Below are positions 38,701-53,700 of a stretch of 64,000 nt of DNA, one piece after another. The DNA comes from Cetorhinus maximus (Eukaryota): contig NC_135881.1 of NCBI RefSeq assembly GCF_964194155.1, forward strand, positions 123,132,001 to 123,196,000, written 5' to 3'. The stretch's first letter is position 1. Each line of letters opens with the position of its first letter. Under the pieces are notes generated by a model. The model was given only the letters and a program-made list of their open reading frames with translations. It made no database searches and was not told where the DNA came from. Made by a program: the position numbers and the translations under genes.

Positions 38701-41700
38701 AGTAGGCATGGCTGGAGGTTGGGCAGGCTGTGAGCAGCAGAAGCGTGGTGACCAGGACCTAGAAACAGCATAGGAAAAAGTTTACTGACCTCATTAGGTC
38801 AGGAAAGGTGAGTGTCATACCACTCTCAGGTGGCACCCATTACACTCTGACCTCCATAGCATCCTCCTCTGACCACAGCTTGCAGTCCCATCATACATTC
38901 CTTTCTCTCCAGAGATCTCCTCAAATTTCCAGCTGAACAGCCAACCTCATCCTATTGCCATCTCATTTCAATTATCTTGTAAATGTTCTCATTTCATCTT
39001 TACCATTCCACTCACTGTCCGCGTTCTGTCCTTGCGGGAAAATGGAGTGCACAACTCCAGTGCGAGGCAAAGAACCATAGCTAAACCTGCAGCTATAGCC
39101 ACCCTGACTGCATGGCGGGGAGGCCCCGGAGATCAGCAGACTGGCACACACACACACTAGGGGCCATCAATTACAACTATAGTCGGAAAGTGCTGACCCG
39201 CAGAAACTAGAAGAAACAAATACCTACTTATCTGGTCTTGAAAATTATGTTGCCACTTCCATTCGCCGGAGCTGCTTGGGGCCTGCATCAAAAGACTCCT
39301 CGCAGGCCCCAGCGAAGTGTAGCTCCAGCATATTCAAGGAGGCCACACCGCCTTTATTTAAAGCACTAGCTGCCGTAAAGCAAGTAAGTTTAAAGGGCCA
39401 GGGAAATGGACAGGCCAGGGAGAAGGTAAATGTCTAAGGTAAGTGAATAGGGTCTGGGGGTTAGGGGTGTCCGGGGGTGGTCAGAGGCCCAGGAAGGTGG
39501 CGGTGAGGTGGGGGGGGGGGGGTCGGCCAATCGGAGGCCCAGGTGGGGTTGGGGGGTGTCAGTTGGAGGCCCAGGTAGCAGGGGTTCCGAGATTGAGGGC
39601 GGGGGGGGCGGGTATTGGGAGTTGGAGGTCGGGGTGCCGGAGTTCAGGGGGTGGATTGAGGGCGGGGGGGGGGAGGAATCCCATGGGGGGCAGTCAGAGT
39701 TGTGGGGGAGTCCCATGGGGTCGGTAGGGGTCTTTACAATAGTTACTCTTCTAACTTCTAATTCTTTCTGGCTAACTATTGGTATAACCTTGGCAGAACT
39801 ATCCGAAGTTTGTGATTTAAACCGCATTTTCAGATGGTTCCCAGCGCAGTGCAATTGTCCGGTGGAAGTGTGCATTTCTGGGCAATTGCTGTGAAACCCT
39901 TACTGGGAATTTCCCAGAGGGATTCCCCAGCACATGTTTGGGGTATCCTCCCAAATCCGACGCTGGGGAGCTCGGAAGTTACGGGCCTATGTGTCAACAA
40001 TGGAGAGATAAGGGTGTCCCACAAACCTGGTAATAGCATTAGATGATGCACTGCCACGTGGCACTTAACACTCCCTCATGTTGAATTGATGCCATCATTA
40101 ACTGAAATGCCATGGTATGCTCTGGAGAAGAGTCATACGAACTGGAAACGTTAACTGTTTCTCTCCCCACAGACGCTGTCAGACCTGCTGAATTTTTCCA
40201 GCATTTTCTGTTTTTATTTCAGATTTCCAGCATCGGCAGTATTTTGCTTTCATCATGGCATGAGTTTGTACCATTTCTCAATGTCAGCACTAGTTCATAT
40301 CTTTCATCTCCAAAGGGCCTCCAAGGGTGACGGAGAATCTGCTTCAGGAGGAGGCTGAGCACTCAAGGATGCACCATAACATGACTCTTGCACATCAGCC
40401 CAAATACACACAACACTCTGGGTATTGAAGTAAAGATAACTAGATTACCACATGGTGAAGTGCCAATTACATGAATATGAGTAGGGGCAGGGGTCAGGGG
40501 CAGCAGTGGAGAGCCCTGTCAGAGGGCACAGGACACTCCAACCTCTGCTAAGTTGGATGTAGATGCTAAGACTTGGGGATCGTCTACAAAAAGGAAACTT
40601 GTGGAGCAACAACTGGAAATGTGTGAGGTTCGGTCCTCCTTTCAAGAGACAGTGCAGATCCTTGGATAGAGATTGGAGGAGCTCATCCCTGGCATGAGTG
40701 CTATGATATCCCAGGCATCTGTGCTGATGTTCACATCCATTGAAAGAGTGGCCACTTGCATGGAGAATCAGACACAGGCAACCAAGTGCATGCTGGCCCT
40801 GACCAATGGCCTGCTCAGTCTGCTAGTTTAAATAGGATGGAGAAAAACTTGCCTTGGCCATTCAGCACCTCACTGAAGTGGAGCAAAGTGCTTTCCAGCT
40901 CTTGGTTAGCAGGAAGTACAGGTGGACCATGAGAGTGAAGGTCGACAAAGGACACATGGCGGGGGACTCTTTTCAAGGAGCTCCCAATTCTCATCCCTTG
41001 CCAATATCCATCTCCCAGAGACTGACCCACTTGCTGCCTCCTGATGATCACAGGTGCAGGAGAAGCAATTTTTGGTGGGGTTCTTACAGGCTCCGAAACC
41101 TACAGCACATCCGCCACAGGAATCTCAGCTGTCAGACCATAGGAATGAACAATCTGCCCCCTGTTCTGCTGAAGCCACAGGGTTTGCAAAATGTAGGAGC
41201 AATGGGAAGTGGATAAAAAAAGATATATTATTTGCACAAGGGATTCACTCATTTGACAATGTTAATGGTGTTATGTCAATGTTTATTTCAATGAATCAAA
41301 CACTTAATTAAAACTCCTCGTTCTGCTAGACTCCACTTTGTTGCATTCCCCATTCACCCTGAGCTGTAGCCTTCAGATGAATGATCGTCATCATTTTCCC
41401 TTCATTATTGAACATGGCATTTCTTGCCTGCGTAGAGTCACCTGTTATGTGTTCTATCATGGCTGTGGAACTTAATTGTGAACCTGCTTGGCTTTCCACA
41501 GTGCGGGCAAAGATGAATTGTCTGATTTTGTTGGGACTGCCCTGTCTTTCTAGCTTGTCTTTTGTCCTTAGCTGCCTGAATTCTGTGCTGTTCAAAGAAA
41601 ACAATGCTGCTAGTTGAGACCACTCCCCAGTAGTTCTTTCTTATGCATGCTTCTCCTAGTCCATGGTGAACATGCCACATTTCCTGAGATTCATCTTCAA

Positions 41701-44700
41701 GTAGTCCTTGAAACATAATCTTCACCTAACTCGCAGGCAGTGTTCAAGTTTAAGTTATGAATACATGACTGCCTTAGAGATTCTATTATCAATCATACAT
41801 ACTACATATCACTCCATTTGAACTGGGTCTGATGATGGTGCTTCAATTCCAGACATTTCTGTTCTTTGAAGTACCGCAATGTTGGGCACGTTTTCCTCCA
41901 ATTTGATACCCACGATGTTCTGAATGCATCTCATGTAGAACTTGTCCAACTACTTCATATTTCTGGAGTAGATAGTTCCATGACTCACAGGCAAATAGGA
42001 GGGTAGGTATTATCACAGCTTTGTACATCGTAAATTTTATTGCAAGTTTGATAGCTGTCTTATGCGTATGCAGACAAATGCTGACCTTGCTCTGGTAATT
42101 CTATTTGTTACCTCACTGTCAATGCAAACATTTCTGGAGATGGTGCTTCCAAGATAGCACAGCTGCCCTGGCCCTTCATCCCAGATGTGAGAATTTCACA
42201 CCTTTCAGCAAGTTCCTTGACTTGGGCCTTTTATTCTCATAGCAACTAAACCAGGCTTGTTATCAAGCATCTTTTGGAACAGGTCACATAACCCCCTTTT
42301 TTACTCTGGGGAGAATTTTCTGAACATCGGGCAGGCTGGTTGGGAGCAGGAGCGGGGCTGATCAATTAAAGCCCGCCCAGCGTGACGCATGGCCGGTAGT
42401 ACTCAGTACTACCTGTGCGGGTGGGGGGAAGAGGGAGAGTCGGAGCCTGCGCTCTTTCGCGCATGCACGCGAAAGAGCGCAGAAATCTCCTGGAGGCATG
42501 GAGCTGCCTCAGGAAGACTAAGCATATATTGAAATTTTTTAATAAAGATAAAAATTATTTACACATGTCCCCTCATGTGACAGTGTCACATGAGCTGGGA
42601 CATGTTTGTCAATTTAGCAGAATTTATTTATTGATTTTATTAAACCTTCAGGAAACCTCATCCCGCCCGTGGATGAGGTTTCCTGAAAAACGCGAAGGCC
42701 ACTTGGGCTCTTTGCCTGCCTGCCAACATTAAGCATGGACGGGCAGCATTGATGACTACTTTAATTGTTTTTTTAATGGCCTTAATAGGCCGTTGACAGT
42801 TCGGCGGATATGCAGCCACCTTTGGTGCGCACCCGCCTAATGTAATATCTAAATGACGTGCATTGACGTCGGGACGCACACCCGACGTCACCGCATGTCA
42901 TTTAACGCATCAGCATGTCGGGCCCACCCCCGCACACCAATGTCAAAATTCTGGCCTCTATTTTGCCTAAAATTAACAGTGTTTCCTGCCAACGCAAAAT
43001 GGCCACATATACCCATCAGCATATGCGCACTGGTCTGCGCATGCGCAGAAAACCAATTACATCACTCTGCTGCACTGTGATTGTTTAACCCTTTAATATT
43101 TTGTTACTTGAAGAGTGTGTGCATTTGATTCATTCAACCACGGCAAGCTAATGATACTGTGCAGATTGTTAACAACAGGACCCTCAGAGAAGCAGCGACT
43201 GAAAATTATTCACTTGAAGATGCTGCTCTAGACACAAGGGGTTATTCGCATATTCCTCCCCATTCATTGTCTATATTTATGTGGCATCTGATAGTCTGCA
43301 ACCTTAATTCCACAGCTGATTCTGACCTGGCAGAACCCGATTTTAATGCCCCACTGCCAATCCAATTTTCAGTATTATGCTGAGAACTCTAGGTTGGGCA
43401 CTTACATCTATAAACGCATCTCCCTTTTCTGCGGGTAGGTTTTAAATGTTTTGGGAGCACCACTAATGAGCTATCAAAACATTTTATGAAACTCTGGATA
43501 AGTTCCTAAAGTATCCAGTAGACCTGGGTGACATGGAATACTAGTCAAAGGAGCAGAAGTTGTAAATACTGCCCTGGAACGCCATTAATTGTTTGATAAG
43601 CATCTCTGCTCCTGGTTGCTGCCTACTCTGTTGCTCGCAATGAGGTAATGGAGTAAAAAACTAGAACTGTGCATTCATGGCATTGGCAACAAACATAGCC
43701 TAAAATTAAACCTACAAGTTAAAACAGAACAATTTTTAAAATCTCAACATTGTAGCAGCTGGGATAGGCAGATTTTTGGTCTCTCTGGGAATTAAGGGAT
43801 ATAGGGAGCAGGCAAGAAAATGGAGTTGAAGCCCAAGATCTGCCATGATTGTACTGAATGGCAGAGCAGGCTTGACAAACCAAATGGTATATTTCTACTC
43901 CTATCTCTTGTGTGATATGGCTCCTGTTATATCTCATCTCTGGCTCACTACGGGGCTCATTCCAGGAGTCATCAGCCAGGTCCGCAGAGGATATTCCATG
44001 TTCCCCAAGGGCGGGGTACTGTTGATGCTGTGTAGAGACATGAAGAGGCGAAGTGTGACTGCCGCAGAAATGAATGAGTCATGGCAGTTCCTGGATAGCT
44101 AGCACAGACCATGCATGATCATATTCTAGTGGTCATATACTAGCTGGATATTGAGGAAGCAATATCTCTGCAATTGATGAAGACTCCACACTGATCTGAG
44201 GAAGCCCTGATTACTACATGTGCACAATCAGTGACTCCCTGAATTTGTGGGAATCTGCTACTGCAGCGAAACCAACAGCCCTCTGTTTGGCTGGCCTCAT
44301 CTGTGGCAAAATGCACACAAGCAGTGGCCTTGGAAAACAAGGCAGCGATGACCTACAAGATACACTTATGGGCAGCAGTTTAAGAGATCCTTGTGAAGTC
44401 ACCAGCAGATCCCTGGAAGGAGCCAGAGGCAAAGAAATTCAGGGCTGTGGTGACCTTAACGGCTACTGGCAAACACATGTCTACTGGCCCTCTAGAAATG
44501 AGATCTTCTTCTAGGAGGCTGCATGTATCAACAATGACATGCCATGAAAGCCTGAGCCTCCTGAAACACCTTAGTTCTATCCTGTCGAGGAAGCTCACCT
44601 TCTGTCTGAGTACCTTGTGTTGGGTGGGGGGTAGTGCCTCCTAGCTGGAGCTCTCTGTCCATTCCTTCTGTCCTGTGGCTGCATGCTGCCGATCTGGTGC

Positions 44701-47700
44701 TGTTGCTCTTGTTGCTACTGTAGCAGTTGGCATGGCTCCTGGTGCTGCTGTATGTGTAGCTCTTCCTGTTGCTCCTGATCAGAGGCCCATGCTATAGCTG
44801 TATAAATTGCTCCCATTTTGCAGTGAACGTTAACAGCAAGGATGTTGAGATGTAATTGAGTACACTCCAGGGTAATTGAAACTACTTCCAATAAGTTGGA
44901 AGTGATCTTTGAAGCATCGAATGCAGGTTCTCAGGGCAAATCCTGTAAGCACCAGCACTGTGCCTGGGCACAGATTTTGTGATTTCACTCTTTCAGCATG
45001 TCAATATAATCCAACAATGAGACCCTGCTGTGCACTCGTCTTGTTGACCCTGGCGAGATACAGAGAGTTTGGGAAACCAGTAACTGGCTGTTAAAACCAG
45101 AGTGCTGAGTTAAATCTTCAGTTAATTGTTGCTTTGAATATTTTGATTACTTTCCAGGCAACTTCGCAGGGTTCCCCACTTGCCTTTGGTTAAACCCACA
45201 AGTGGACAGGATCATATCAGGCTCCTGACCCAAAGTTACCTTTTAGGGCTTTAACTGCCAGCCCCTGAACCTGCCTCCCGTCGGAGTTAAAATTCTGCCT
45301 AAATCTGTGGACACAATCAGATTTATTTTCTTAAAGCCTCTTTTCATTTCTCTGTGCTTAGTTGGAAACCAATCCTATTAAAAGCTGCTTTTAAATGGGT
45401 TAGCTGCAGCAGCGAGTTGCCAAGTGGTGTACAGTTTTATTGCCTATATGACCCTTTTTCTTCCAACAATTTCCAGAATTTCTATTATTGGTCAATGAGA
45501 AATGTTTTCCTTTGCCGAGGGTGAAGGGTGAGGAGGGGAATGAGCGTTGGGGTCATGCCAATCTATTGCTATTATTAACATTGGTGCAGATTTCAAATTA
45601 AACTGCTTTACCAGTGTGACCGAGCATATAGTGGGTTCTGCGTTGTTTTGTCCATGTTGGTGATTTAGCACAACAAGGTCTGTCGATCAAGATCCACATT
45701 CACAAAACAACCAAATATTATTGTGGTTTTCATTCTTTGACAGTATTATGCAAAAGTAAAACCTCAGGCAACATACTGAGTGAAACTTCCTCCACTTCAC
45801 AACCTAAATCCTGTTATGGGTCTTAGGTAATTGTACTTATTTATAACAATGGTATAGAAATTCAGAACAGTTAGCAAATATTTATAATTTCAGTTCTGGC
45901 AAAATTTACACTCTTTAGGTCCTTGTGGTATCTCAATCAATGATTATCATTCCTTGCACTTCAGTGAGGTATGTTTTAACTGCAATTAAAATGGAGAATT
46001 TGCAACAATCCTAATTCTAAAAAAATATCAGCATCAATAACAAGCTCAAATGCAGCAGATCAAGTCGGTCATCAAAATTATGACTTAACATTATTGGTAA
46101 TTACATTCTTCAATTCTAATCTGGTTACATGGTATTAAACGGAAACAATGGTCCTCAGGACCCACTATTGCATTCTGCTACCGAAACAATGGTGGGTTGG
46201 GATTTCCAGAATGCCCATGTAAGAAGTCCCTGACGCTGTTCGATTTTTGGGGTCTGACAATTTACATTTTGTTGACAGGTGTCTGCCTCAGTTTTGGCAT
46301 TGTGAAGGTGATCCTTTGGTGGGGGATCCACAAAATGTGGTGGTGGTCCATTTACTAGGAGCAAGGCTTCAAGGGGGTGGGTTTATGCAACAACTGTCTG
46401 TTCCCAGGAAATCCGTTCAAGCTCAAGTTCCAATTGAGTCAAGACCTGGCATCACCCCAATTTTGGTGTCACCCCAATTTTTGCTGTTGAAGTTATCTGC
46501 CCACACTGAATCTATTAGTAAGCTCACTGATTTTCACAAGTAATATACTTTACATAGATGAGAATTTTTTTAAAATCCTCAACAGATACTCACAGTTAAC
46601 CATCCATCCCAAGTTTGTTCAATCCATTTCTTGTATGAAAATATCAAAATCAGTATGATACTGCAGAGAATGATGGAACCATTCTGAATAAACAGGGATC
46701 CATGAGCAACTAAAATATAATTCATAAGGGATGGGTTAAAATTAAACTATTTGTGCAAAAAGGTCTTATCTGAAATAAATTAACACAGATTTCTGATTTC
46801 TTGTACTCCATCATGACCAGCACCTCTATATCCCCATCAAAAATTAGCATGAACCTATTGTTGAAAACGTTTTGCTACTTCGGTTTGGTTTCTGATAGAA
46901 GTAGAAATTTCAAAAATCAAAACATTCAGATAATTGTTCAACAATTAGGCACTTCCATTGTAAAACAATTTGGAAATTCCAATATTTGACCCAAATTTAG
47001 TTGAATTGAAAAGTACAGTTAGACCAAGAATGGATTGGAACATCCTCAACTTTTCTGAAACTGAGGTTGACAAAAAGCTAATTTTCTTGACACTCATTTC
47101 CAGTGGGCAAGAGCTCAGACACGAGTCCAGTTCCTTGAGCAGCAACAGGCCTTTGGCCATTCACTCAACTGACCATTTGTTTCAGCAAGTCTAAACATTA
47201 TGGCATTGAGATTCTGGAGGGACTCTTGTTATTTACCGTAACATGATGATACAAAATCTACGGGAAAACAGGGGAGAAAGTTGGAATTCATCAAGAGAAC
47301 ATGTGCAGGTGTAAGCACCAGGAACTTGGGTAATCCTGCTCCTATCACTACTTTGTGCAAACCTGATAGCCTCGTCACATCTTAAACATTGTGCAGAGCA
47401 GATTCTGGGATACAGTAAAGCCATTTCATTCAATTTAGTGATCTTACTGACTTCAAACTTTACTGAGAACTGAAGAGAGTGCATTTCGCTGTAACCTGCC
47501 ACACAGGAATGCAATACTGGATGAGTACAGACATTGTGCCAACTGCAACAAGAAATGCAGACTCAATCAAGGAGATGGGAGTTTTATTCAAGGTCTTGAA
47601 TCCTTATAGACAGATAAGCAAATGACATTCTCAAAAGAACTGTTGGTTTTATCAGCAATTAAATACCACATTTTAAGCACACTTCCCTTAAGAATTCCTC

Positions 47701-50700
47701 TCCAGGTATTATGTTAAAACAACAGAGCCCAGATCTTCTGCTCTCCAGATCGTCGGAGACCACATGTATGACCCAGGATGCATGTTGAGACCCTGAGGAA
47801 GTCCCGACGTGTGGACCTTCATGAGAATTGCCTGGAAAGTTTGAACTTTCCCTGATCCCTGGGACCCTCCGAGAACGTTTCCAACTCTGATTTGGTGTCA
47901 GAGACTTTGGACAGTTCCGACTTACTTACCTGAACAGTTACCCAGGAAATGTTAGAAAAATCCTAGTCTGAGTCCTGGATAACTATACAAGTGATCCCCC
48001 AATCACACTCAAACTGACCCCTGGACTCACCCCTTGAATATCTCCAATCCACCAATCCAACCTGATCCGACTACCCCCCTGCCCCCCACCAACTGTCCCC
48101 CGACCCCAACCAACCTGAATACTGCTCTCAACCCCAACCCCGACTATCCCTCTAACCTCCCATCCATCGCCGACTATCCCGACCTGACCCGGCTATCTGC
48201 TGACCCTCTGACTACACCCTTATCCCGTGACTACCTCCCCTGACCCCCTGGCTATCCTCCTGACCCAAACCAACATGAATATCCTCCTCATCCTCCGACT
48301 ATCTCCCTGACCCACCGACTATCCCCTGACCCTCCGCTACCCCTTGACCCCAACCCCATCCCCCCACTGACGACTACTCCCTCCCTGACCCAAGATTCCT
48401 ACCCCACCCCCGTCCACATGGCTAACCCCACGACCTGACCTGACCAGCCCCCGACCCACCTACCACTCTACCCACCTGCTACCCTACCCACTTACCTCAC
48501 CCAACTACCTATTCATCCACTCACCCATTCACTAACATTTACACTGGACAGTTAAACTTACCATACGGCAGCTAATACTGCAAAAGGGGGCGGGTCTTCT
48601 CCTCCCCCACACTACAGCACTGTGATGGAGTTCTCCGAGGGACACAGTGCTCTGTATTTCTGGAGATGTTGGGCCCATAAGGCCCGGCAAGAAATACAGA
48701 GCAGCGTCAAAGCACAGAAAAGTGCGTGCGGAGCGGCATTCTGACGAAGATTGCCACCCCGTGGAAGATCTGGGCCTATATGTCCATTTGTCATGTCAGG
48801 TACTCCCTCTGAGGAAGTTACATGGTATGTTGTTAGCATTTTTAAAATGTACTCAAAAACAGGCTTTTTCACATTTAATATAAATGTCGTAGCAACAGCT
48901 TATGATTTTGGCAGCTACATCAAAACAGTTTTTCTCAATATAATTTTGGATTCGATATTATGCATGTGTTTGTGTAACTACAGATACCGCTGTATTACCT
49001 TTAATTCTTGGATTCCGGTCTACCCAATCTCCAACAATTGCACCAAAAATTACCACAGATCCTGCTACTATCAAACCAACCACAGCAGTGAAAAACAGGT
49101 TATGTCCACACAGCTCAATCAAAAAGACAAATACGGCAAAATGCCACATGCGGTCGCCCTGAAAGATAAAACAAGAAGTGAGATTCTGAATAATTACAGC
49201 TGTGAAAGTGTGAAAGTGCTATCAATGAACAAAAATAGGTGTACACATACTATTAAAGGAGTAGTGTGCTTTCATTTATCTTATTGGTAATGAATTTTTA
49301 ATTTTGTGATTCTAAAATGAGTCATATATAAAGTAGAAAAATGTTAAATGAGTTGCAGGCCTTGAATCCTGCAATCTTGCCACACTTAACTTTTCAACTA
49401 TAGGTGGGATGAGTAGACAAATTACTTGTATCGCGATTTAAATTCCTTTTACTAAATAATACTGTTAGAAAAAGGATGGGTGGGCATTTGAAATGCCCTG
49501 ATTGGTTTGTCTGCCAATTTCCTTCTTGTTATAAATTTGATTTAAACTTGCTCCTTAGAGCAGGTAGCAAAGGCATCCGTGTGAAGCTGGCAGGCATCTT
49601 TAATTACGCAAATTAGAGTCCATATGACATCAAACAGCTCAAGAGCCAAATGGACCACTGGCTTCAGAAGGGTGGTTTGCCTCCACGCATATAGATCAAT
49701 TTATATAAGGAAATATCGCACCAGGGGTAAAGATTAATGATACCTGTACTATTTGTACAAGTGACTGTTGTATCTTTTCATTGAGGGCTTTAAAAATAAT
49801 ATAAAAAGCACTAGCATCTGGAGCAACCAAGGTACATCATACAGTGGTAAAAGATATACATTGTTTCAAATTTTCTACAATCACAAAAAGTACCATTTCG
49901 GATAAGTACTCATAAGTTTGGGACAAGTTTATAACGTTAGAAATTAGAAACACCTCAACACCAAAACTATACCATAAGCTGGATTTTCAATCAGGGGTTG
50001 GGAAGCCAATGTCCAGATCATTTCCAGGTCCCAACCCTGTGTTGCGCAAGTGTCAGTGATGCAACGCAGTCTTGTAATGCAAAGGCCCTAATTGGATGAG
50101 ATTTCCAATTAGGAGCAACTGGCACTGCCTGGAGACGGGAACTTGTTCTGGAGCTCGAATCTCAAAGGCAGATGGCAGTCATGACTGGGCTTAAAGTTGT
50201 CTGGAGGAATGGAGCGGGCAGGAGAGCAGAGGGCCAGTAGCCTCACAGTCCACACAAGTTCCCTAACACTCACTCACAGGGCTCGATTTACAGGGCATCA
50301 TGGTCCCCATTCCTGAGCTAAAAAGTCGGTGGGGAGCCCGGCCACGATTCTGATGGCTGCCCCGCAGCAATTTAACATTGAGACCAGTATTAACTGCTTT
50401 AAGGCGAGACTTCTGCTCCTATCTCAGAAGGAAGTCCTGCATTAGGGAGCTGCCAGCCAATTGGATGATTGGCAGGTCAGTAGTAGAAAGGAGTTCCAGG
50501 TGGGAGCGGTGGCTACAGGTGGTCCTGATAAAGAGGAGCGCAGACTCCAAGGTAAGTCCGAGGTATTGCCTGGGCCCGACTGGCGAGCCCCAGTGACAGG
50601 GTTAACGGGGGTGGTGGCTTGGTTTGAGAGGCAGGGGGAGGGAGTAAGGGGGAAATATGGTCTTGCAGGTGGAGTGCCTCCGATGGGCCCAGGGATCCAC

Positions 50701-53700
50701 AAAGAGGTACTGCCCATGGGAAAAAAAAAGGACACATTAGCAGGGTGCGGGGTGGGTGTGCAGGTGAGACTGTCAACCAGGGGTTGGAGGGGTTGGTTCT
50801 GGCAAGACTATTGACCAGGAGGGATACGTGGTGAATTTGGGCTTGCCAGACTAAACCCCACCCCCCACCACGGACCACCCCCAGGGCTTGCTGTAGTACT
50901 CCCCACCCCGGGCCTGTTGGACAACCCTCTACACCCCTCCTCCCCAGCCATGGGATGTGAGTAACATCAGTATGGCCTGCATTTGTTGTCCTAATTGCTC
51001 TTGTGAAGGCCTTTGTGAACCATTGCTGTCCATGTGGTATAGATACACCCAAAGTGCTATTAGCAAGGGAGTTTGAGGATTTTGACCCAGTGGTAGTGAA
51101 AGGCCAGTGATATAGTTCCAAGTCAGGATGGTGTGTGCTTAGAGGGAAACTTGCAGTGATGTTCCCATATGTCTGCTACCCCTGTCCTTCTAGGTGGAAG
51201 AGGCTGCGGGTCTGGAAGATGTTGCAGTGAATCTTGCGCTGCTGGCAGTGGTGGAGAGAGTGAATGTTTAAGCTGGTGGATGGGGTACTGATCAAGTGGG
51301 CAGCTTTGTCCTGGATGGTGTCAAGTTTCGTGAGTGTTGTTGGAATTGCGCTCATCCAGGCAAGTGGGGAGTATTCCATCACACTCCTGACTTGTGGCTG
51401 GAAAATATTGGACAGGAAAAGGGGGGGGGGGTGGTGGTGGTGGTGGGGCGGTCGGGAGGTGAGTTACTCACCTCAGAATTCCCAGCCTCTGACCTGTTCT
51501 TGTAGCCACAGTATTTATATAGTTGGTCTAGTTAAGTTCTGGTTAATGGTAACTGTCCTGCAGATGTTACAGTGAGAATAGAGGCACTATATCTGTTTGA
51601 AAACCAGTGTACCATTCTTCTGAATTTTAAATGGAAATAGTGTGTTATTGGTTTGTTTATAATGTTTGGTTTCTTGAAATATGTAAAAAGTAGTTTATTT
51701 GAAAAACACTAACACAGCTTGTACTTACTTCAGGATCTTCATGATTGAGCCTTTCCACTGCAGCTAAGGACATGACAAAAACTGCCAGCTGACTGTGAAC
51801 AGTTTTATTTAATTCTCCCTGCAGTCTATTCACACATAAACATAGTAGTCATACTCCAGAATCTTCTCAGCTGGTTTTGGGGTATTTCTGAAGCCCTTTG
51901 CCCATTCACACAAACTGGCTGCTCTGGCTGGGGAACAGGAGCAGTGAGCTCTGCCAGAGCCTTCTCCTGCTCGGCTCTTTAACCCGAGCTTCACTTGTGT
52001 CCTGTCTGCTTGTTGCTAACATTTCCACTGGGGAACAGCTGGAGGGTGTTTGTGGACAGGAGGTGGGCAGTTGTCTATAGTGAGTAGGAGTTATAGCCAG
52101 GGCTTCCAGCCAATGTCTCAGTCAGCAGCCAAACACAGTCAGTCTCATGGTATCAGGGACAGGGAATTCTCAGCACAGTTTAACTGCACCATCTCCGGGG
52201 AAAACAAGCAGCAACTGCAGGAGGCGAGGACAGCTAGCCTCCCTGCAGATCCTTCCCTTGCACTCAATCCTAAGCCAGTCAGCCCCCAACAACACAACTG
52301 TTCACAGAGACTATGACAACCCAGCAACACATTTGTCTCCAATCACAGGCTCTATAGTGACCTGTGGTACTGCATTCACTATCCCAATTCCTCTTTGTGT
52401 GAGTACTTAAATTCATTTGAAATAATTGTTCTAACAATTATAGAGCTGGGTACTTGGGGCAAAACAGGTTTGAAGAGGAATGCTTTCAAAAGTGTCATGA
52501 GAATTATACATTAATCATTGGTTTTGTTTCCTTGTGGAATGGTTAGACTTAGTTTAGTCATATTCACTCCGTTGATTGTTCAGCAAGGAATTGGACAGAT
52601 TTCTGCTTCAGCAGAAGGATACAGGTTTGAGTTAAACAGATAATTAGACTGGGTCTTGAAAGAAGATTTTGGCTGAGAGGTGAAAGGACCACCTATTATT
52701 GGCCTATTGATGGCTGTTTTTCAACCCCGCCAGGATTTTACCAGGATGAAACGGTCCCCTCCACATGGTAAGGCTGCCAGCTATATCAAGGTGGCTTCCA
52801 GGAGATGCCTTCCTTTCCAGAGGTTCCCCGGTTCCAATGGCCACCTAAGGCAGGCCAGTAAAATCCCAGCCTTGCAGTCAGTGTGAGCCAGATAACATTA
52901 CACCACGCACTTCAATGACAGCACATTTACAAAATGTGATACAGATGTTTGCCCCTTTTTATTAGATTCATTGCTTTCTAAGAACATTTTGGTTCTTGTA
53001 TCAGGTTTGCTGTTTTTTAAGCCTTTTCTTTTGCACTTTTATCCAGTATTGTGAACTGTGTCACATCCTGGGCACAGAGGAAAGCAAGGTCAGTGCTACT
53101 TGGTTCTTAGGCATAAAAACAGTTTTGAAAACACTTAGAGGGACAATACTGCTCCTCCTGCTCAGTGCTTACTCCTCTTACTATCCTGCTGCTCCTCATG
53201 ATTGAGTGTGGGCTCGCTGGCCTGCACATGAGCAGCAGTACAGTGTGCATATGTAGACATCACATGTGGAAAGAGGAGACTCTGTGCAATCTCCCAGTCA
53301 CTGCCTGAAGGAATCCGAGACAAGTGGCGTCCCGGGAAGCCCACAAACAGGGCATGGAGTAAGGCAACAGGCAAATTCCGGGACAACCCTGGAAAACAAC
53401 GCGATGATTGGTCACCCTGTCCCCCAGTCACTTGCCCAACACCAGCTAAAGCAGCCGGGCTTCCCGCAAGGTGTGGGCCTCCCCCTGCCGCAGGTAAAAT
53501 ACTGGCAGGGGTGGGATAAGACCCTTACGTGGCCATTAGTTGGCCACACAAGGGCCTCAACAGACCAAAGGGCGGGCGGGCTGCCTAAAGTATCCCCCCC
53601 CAATCAAATTTCAGACAGGTCGGGTAGGCAGCAGAAAGGGTCATCTGTTGGTCGAGCCTACCGACGGGGAAGCGTAAAACCAGCCCATGAGGTTACTTAA

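Noticed and set aside
43940-44820. HARBI1 host gene
   Set aside because: Frameshifts, deletions, a second copy at 1-600 and a TIR indicate a transposon relic
46451-46485. 17-bp tandem repeat TCACCCCAATTTT
   Set aside because: Two units only; simple local duplication, not an array
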